From NCBI GenBank assembly GCA_041496385.1, contig JBGQEL010000006.1, forward strand, positions 26,380 through 90,379: a stretch of 64,000 nucleotides of DNA, in the 5' to 3' direction. Below the pieces are notes generated by a model. It did no database searches and had not been told where the DNA came from. It saw nothing but the letters and a program-made list of their open reading frames with translations. Positions 59,735 through 64,000 of this stretch are shown here, piece by piece. Position 1 is the stretch's first letter. Each line of letters opens with the position of its first letter. Source of the DNA: Candidatus Methylomirabilia bacterium (lineage in GTDB: Bacteria; Methylomirabilota; Methylomirabilia; Rokubacteriales; CSP1-6). The translations under genes were made by a program, and so were the position numbers.

Positions 59735-60441
59735 GCGATCACCGGCGTGTAGGCGCGCGCCTCGACGGCGCCCAGGATACGGTCGTACTCCGCGCGGTCG
59801 ATCGGGCGGAAGCGCACGCGGTCCCCCGGGCGCAGCGGCACCGGCTCGGCGGCCCCGGGATCGTAGAGGCGCACCGGCGTGCGGCCGAGGACCCAGAAAC
59901 CGCCCGGGCTCTCGACCGAGTAAACGCAGCACTGCGTGCCGCCGATGCTCACGCTGCCGGGTGGCGTCTTCGTGCGCGGCGTTGCCAGACGCGGGATGTG
60001 GATCCGCTCGGGCATCCCCGTCATGTACGGCAGGCCCGGCGTGAAGCCGATGAAGTAGACCAGGTACTCCGCCCCGCTGTGCAGCCGTACGAGCTCGGGC
60101 ACGGCGAGCCCCAGCCGCGTCGCCACCGCCGCGAGATCGAAGCCCAGCTCGGGATCCTCGTAGCAGCAGGGCAGCTCGATCAACCGGGCGTTGGGCAGGA
60201 CGGCCGCGGAGGCCTGCGGCGCCAGCTCGGCGATCGCGCCGCAGAGCGCGTCGTACCCGACCTCGCGCGGATCGTAGTAGACGAGCAGGGCGCGGAAGGT
60301 CGGGACCATCTCGACCACGCCCGCGAGCCCCTTCTGCTGGATCAGGTACTCGAGGGCGCGCACCCGGCCGTTCACCTCGACGCTGATCTCCTCCCCGAGC
60401 TCGACCGAGACCGCGAGATCGCCCGCCGGCAGGAACCGCAA
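59731..60441 (-). CDS. pxpB: 5-oxoprolinase subunit B (KipI/AHS1)
   Basis: GF.PG..Y, PR...PR, GSV.IGG, SPGG...LGRT; TTG start inferred. Confidence 0.88.
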   Translation of the reverse strand: MRFLPAGDLAVSVELGEEISVEVNGRVRALEYLIQQKGLAGVVEMVPTFRALLVYYDPREVGYDALCGAIAELAPQASAAVLPNARLIELPCCYEDPELGFDLAAVATRLGLAVPELVRLHSGAEYLVYFIGFTPGLPYMTGMPERIHIPRLATPRTKTPPGSVSIGGTQCCVYSVESPGGFWVLGRTPVRLYDPGAAEPVPLRPGDRVRFRPIDRAEYDRILGAVEARAYTPVIA

Positions 60442-60443
60442 TG

Positions 60444-61232
60444 CTAGAGCGCCGCGAGGGCGGAGTTCGGCAGGTCGGTGATGAACATGTGCCCCGGGCT
60501 GTGCGTGATCATGAACGGCGGCTTGGAGGCGAGCGCGACGGCCTGCGGCGTGACGCCGCACGCCCAGAAGACCGGCACGTCGCCCGGCCGGAACTGCTGG
60601 GCGTCGCCCCAGTCCGGGCGCGCGATGTCCGCGATGCCGAGGGCGGCGGGATCGCCGATGTGCACCGGCGCGCCGTGGGCGCCGGGGAAGCGGGCGCTGG
60701 CGGTCACCGCCTTCGCGAGCTGGCCCGCCGCGATCGGACGCATCGAGACGACCATGGGCCCGTGGAACGCGCCGGCGGGCCGGCATTGCACCGACGTCCG
60801 CCACATCGCCACGTTCTTCCCCTGCTCGACGTGCCAGAGCCGGATCCCCGCCTCGAGGAGCGCCCACTCGAACGTGAACGAGCAGCCGAGCAGGAACGCC
60901 ACGAGATCGTCGCGCCAGAAGGGCGTCGCGTCGCTCACCTCGTCGGCCAGGACGCCGTCCTTGTAGATGCGGTATTTCGGGATGTCGGTCCGCAGATCCG
61001 CGCCCGGCGCGACGCCGACGGGCTCGGCCGAGCCGACGTCGGTCACCTCGAGCAGCGGGCACGGGCGCGGGTTGCGCTGGCAGAACAGCAGGAAGTCGTA
61101 GGCCTGCTCCTTGGGCAGCACGGCGAGGTTCGCCTGCACGAAGTTCTGGCCCAGGCCCGCCGTGATGCCGGCGAGCTTCCCCGCCCTGATGTCCCGCCGG
61201 ATCTCCCGCGGATGGCGCGTGTCGATGGGCAC
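60444..61232 (-). CDS. Putative hydro-lyase / D-glutamate cyclase family (DUF1445, YcsI-like)
   Basis: QANL, RNP.PCPLL, GCSF, MVVSMRP, HGAPVH.G, FWACGVTPQ, TH.PG.M. Confidence 0.9.
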   Translation of the reverse strand: MPIDTRHPREIRRDIRAGKLAGITAGLGQNFVQANLAVLPKEQAYDFLLFCQRNPRPCPLLEVTDVGSAEPVGVAPGADLRTDIPKYRIYKDGVLADEVSDATPFWRDDLVAFLLGCSFTFEWALLEAGIRLWHVEQGKNVAMWRTSVQCRPAGAFHGPMVVSMRPIAAGQLAKAVTASARFPGAHGAPVHIGDPAALGIADIARPDWGDAQQFRPGDVPVFWACGVTPQAVALASKPPFMITHSPGHMFITDLPNSALAAL

Positions 61233-61241
61233 GGAGCAATT

Positions 61242-62069
61242 CTAGCAGGACGCCGGGCTCGATGCCGTGAGCGAGAACATCAGCGGCAGGCTGCCGGCCC
61301 CGCCGGGGAGCTGCCACGCGCCGTCCTCCCGCAGCTCCATCCACGGGAACATCGCCCAGGCCATGTAGGGGTACTCGGCGAACGCCTCGATGCGGAGCCC
61401 GGCCCGGAGCAGCGCGCCGATGACATCGGCGAGCGTGTGGAGCCACGTGTGCTCCACGCTGTGGATCGGCGCGTCGGGCGCCGCGTAGGAACCCTGGCGC
61501 TCCTCGCGCAGGGGCTCGGGCCCGTGGAAGTACGGGTAGAGCAGGCGCAGCCCGGGCTCGGTGCGCCGGTCGTCGAAGATGAGCGCGAAGGGGTGCGCCT
61601 CGATCAGGTGGAAGCGCCCGCCGGGCGCCAGGAAGTGGGCGACCACCCGCGCCCACCGGTCGAGATCGGGCAGCCAGCCGAGCACGCCGTGCGAGGTGAA
61701 GACGACGTCGAACCGGCCGTCGAGGTTCGCCGGAAGGTCGTAGACGTCGCTCTCGACGAACGTCGCGCGCGCGCCCGTCTCGGCCGCGAGCTGTCGCGCC
61801 GCCTTGATCGCTTCCTGAGCGAAGTCGACGCCGGTCACGGTCGCGCCCCGCCGCGCCCAGGCGAGACTGTCGAGCCCGAAGTGACACTGCAGGTGGAGCA
61901 GAGACTTTCCGTGGACATCTCCGACGAGCTCGGTCTCGAGCGCATCGAGCACCGACCGGCGCCGCTGACGGCCGGCCTTGAAGCCCTCGACGTCGTAGAA
62001 CGCGGAGCGAACGTTGTAGGGCGTCCAGGCGTTCCAGAGCTCCCGGTTCGAGCGCAGGTAGTCGTCCAT
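61242..62069 (-). CDS. Class I SAM-dependent methyltransferase
   Basis: LHLQCHFG.D, FD.VF...G.L.W.PD, E.HP. Confidence 0.9.
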   Translation of the reverse strand: MDDYLRSNRELWNAWTPYNVRSAFYDVEGFKAGRQRRRSVLDALETELVGDVHGKSLLHLQCHFGLDSLAWARRGATVTGVDFAQEAIKAARQLAAETGARATFVESDVYDLPANLDGRFDVVFTSHGVLGWLPDLDRWARVVAHFLAPGGRFHLIEAHPFALIFDDRRTEPGLRLLYPYFHGPEPLREERQGSYAAPDAPIHSVEHTWLHTLADVIGALLRAGLRIEAFAEYPYMAWAMFPWMELREDGAWQLPGGAGSLPLMFSLTASSPASC

Positions 62070-62087
62070 CGGCCTCGGGCCGGGGCG

Positions 62088-63089
62088 CTACCTCTGGCCG
62101 AGGCGGGGCCAGACGGCCGGGTTCACGAGGACCTCGGGCCGCTCGCCGCGCAGCACGCGCAGCATCTCGCCGCAGACCTGCGTCGCGGCCTGGCGGGTGG
62201 CCTCGCGCGTGACGCCGGCGACGTGCGAGGAGACCACGACGTTCTCGAGGTTGAGGATCGGGTTGTCCGCCGTCGTCGGCTCCTCCTCGAACACGTCGAT
62301 CCCCGCGGCGGCGAGCCGGCCGCGCGCGAGCGCCTCGAAGAGCGCGCGCTCCTCCTGCACCCCGCCGCGCGAGGTGTTGACGTAGATCGCGCCCGGCTTC
62401 ATGAGCGCGAGGGTCTTGTCGTTGATCATGTGCTTCGTCTCGGGCGTGAGCGGCGTGTGGCAGGTGAGCACGTCGACCTGGGGCAGGAGCGCCTCGAGGC
62501 TCTTCACGGGCTGGGCGCCCCGCCGCTGCAGCTCGTCGTCCGCCACGTACTTGTCGTAGCCGAGGACGCGCATGCCGAGCGCGCCCGCGAACTTCGCGAC
62601 GCGCCGGCCCACGTTGCCGACGCCGACGATGCCGAGCGTCTTGCCGGCCAGCTCCGTGTTCGCCACCGTGCCGGCCCCGGTGCGCTTGGCGCCCCAGTCG
62701 CCGCCCCGCGTCATCCTGTCGATCTGCAGGGTGCGCTTCACGCAGACGAGCATGAGCATGAGCGCGTGCTCGGCGACCGCCTGCGAGTTGGAGCCCGGCG
62801 CGTGGACGACGGCGACGCCGAGCTTCGTGGCGGCCGGGATATCCACCGTGTCGAGGCCGACGCCGTGGCGGCCGACGACCTTGAGCTTCGGGCACGCCGC
62901 CATGAGGCTCTCGGTGCAGCGCGGCTTCGTGCGGAAGAGGATCCCGCCGGCCTCGGCGGCGACCTTCACCAGGCCGGCCTCCGTCTGGTCCTCACAGACG
63001 ACGACGCGCGCTTCCTTCTCCAGGAGCGCCTGGCCGTCGGGGTGGATGGGGCCGGCGAGCACGATCAGGGGACGCGAATCGGCAGCCAT
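62088..63089 (-). CDS. D-2-hydroxyacid dehydrogenase (SerA-like)
   Basis: GVG.D.VD, VAEH, G.GNVG, NTSRG, DVF..EP, H.AG. Confidence 0.92.
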   Translation of the reverse strand: MAADSRPLIVLAGPIHPDGQALLEKEARVVVCEDQTEAGLVKVAAEAGGILFRTKPRCTESLMAACPKLKVVGRHGVGLDTVDIPAATKLGVAVVHAPGSNSQAVAEHALMLMLVCVKRTLQIDRMTRGGDWGAKRTGAGTVANTELAGKTLGIVGVGNVGRRVAKFAGALGMRVLGYDKYVADDELQRRGAQPVKSLEALLPQVDVLTCHTPLTPETKHMINDKTLALMKPGAIYVNTSRGGVQEERALFEALARGRLAAAGIDVFEEEPTTADNPILNLENVVVSSHVAGVTREATRQAATQVCGEMLRVLRGERPEVLVNPAVWPRLGQR

Positions 63090-63120
63090 CGAGCGGTCTC
63101 CTTTTTCTCTCCGTGGCGGT

Positions 63121-63873
63121 CTACTTCCAGGCGGCGAGGACGAGGCGCGGGGCGTCGAGCGAGAACGGCGTGCCGTCAAGCCCACCGTAGAGCTCGACCT
63201 TGGCCCAGCGCTCCGGCCGGAGCATAGCGGAGAGCTCGTGGGCCGAGTAGAGGCGGATCTCGCTCTCGCCGATCAGCTCCTGGGCGCCCTCCTTGCCCTT
63301 CGCCGCGCGCTTGAGCCGGAACCAGCGGGCGCGCCAGCGGCTCGTCGCCGGGTCGAACGCGTTCTCGATGCGGAGCGTCCAGCCGTTCACGCGCTTGCGC
63401 TCCTCGGGCGGGAGCGAGCGCACGAGCTGGTCGCGGTTCCGCGTGTCCAGGACGAAGAGCCCGCCCGGCTTGAGCGCGCGCCAGAAGCGGTCGAGCACCA
63501 GCCGGTCCTCGTCGTCGGAGAAGAAGCCAATCGAGCTGAACAGGTTCACCGCGAGGTCGAACTCGCCCGAGAACTCCATGTCGCGGATGTCCTCGCAGGC
63601 GAGCGCCAGCTCCACGCCCGCCTCGCGCGCGGCCTTCCGGGCGCGGTCGAGCTCGGTCTCGCTGAAGTCGACACCCGTCACCTGGTAGCCCAGGCGCGCG
63701 AACTCGATCGCGTGGCGGCCGAAGCCGCAGGGCGAGTCCAGCACGCGCGCGGGGGGCTCGAGCGCCGCGAGGCCGGCGATCCACTGCACGTCACTCGCCG
63801 CGTCCATCGGCGACTCGAAGGCCTGCGAGAACTGCGGCCACGCGTCGCGGAAGAAGCGCTCGCTCTCGAACAC
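63121..63873 (-). CDS. Class I SAM-dependent methyltransferase
   Basis: VLD.PCG.GRH, GVD, D.R, LKPGG; start at GTG 63873 or ATG 63882. Confidence 0.9.
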   Translation of the reverse strand: MFESERFFRDAWPQFSQAFESPMDAASDVQWIAGLAALEPPARVLDSPCGFGRHAIEFARLGYQVTGVDFSETELDRARKAAREAGVELALACEDIRDMEFSGEFDLAVNLFSSIGFFSDDEDRLVLDRFWRALKPGGLFVLDTRNRDQLVRSLPPEERKRVNGWTLRIENAFDPATSRWRARWFRLKRAAKGKEGAQELIGESEIRLYSAHELSAMLRPERWAKVELYGGLDGTPFSLDAPRLVLAAWK

Positions 63874-63920
63874 GGAGGGCATTATAGTCCCGTCGAGGAC
63901 GAAAGGCCGCGGAGGCTCGA

Positions 63921-64000
63921 GTGCCAGTCGAATTCATCGGGATGATCGGCGTGAAGCCGGAGGGCGCGGACGGCGCGGCCGTCCACGTCATCGGCGGCGC
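63921..64000 (+). CDS. 5' end of a gene, probably an LLM-class oxidoreductase (runs off window)
   Basis: GGAGG SD then GTG; MPVEFIGMIG.. N-terminus. Confidence 0.5.
   Translation, partial: MPVEFIGMIGVKPEGADGAAVHVIGG

Noticed and set aside
59731..62895. 1054-aa ORF as a PxpB fusion protein
   Set aside because: Only the last 236 aa are PxpB; the rest is an off-frame reading of three other genes

Overview
A very GC-rich, gene-dense chromosomal window from a diderm bacterium: it has a complete tolQRAB-pal-cpoB operon. Gene content and composition are reminiscent of Candidatus Rokubacteria/Methylomirabilota, but that is inference only. Core content includes a long-form thyX, tol-pal, a GldAFG-like ABC exporter with a DUF4340 gene, pepA, gcvT-H-PA-PB with a lipoate-ligase-family gene, a pxpABC/D-glutamate-cyclase cluster, and many hydrolases, thioesterases and MFS transporters. 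Accessory or decaying DNA includes: (i) a shattered second copy of the Gld-like ABC operon (4.9-6.2 kb); (ii) a vapBC cassette inserted at the pepA start with a 27-bp duplication; (iii) an AraC/membrane-hydrolase/lipoprotein islet; and (iv) a defence island between gcvPB and the lipoate ligase gene. That island carries a doubly inactivated type III R-M system, a DUF222-HNH element with short direct repeats and a structured leader, and an HTH-MNT/HEPN pair. The best candidates for undescribed biology are a stand-alone membrane protein with two PmoC/AmoC-spaced D-x3-H-x12/13-H motifs, and the DUF222-HNH element. No rRNA, tRNA or CRISPR array was recognised. All product calls are by-eye motif recognition; no database searches were run.
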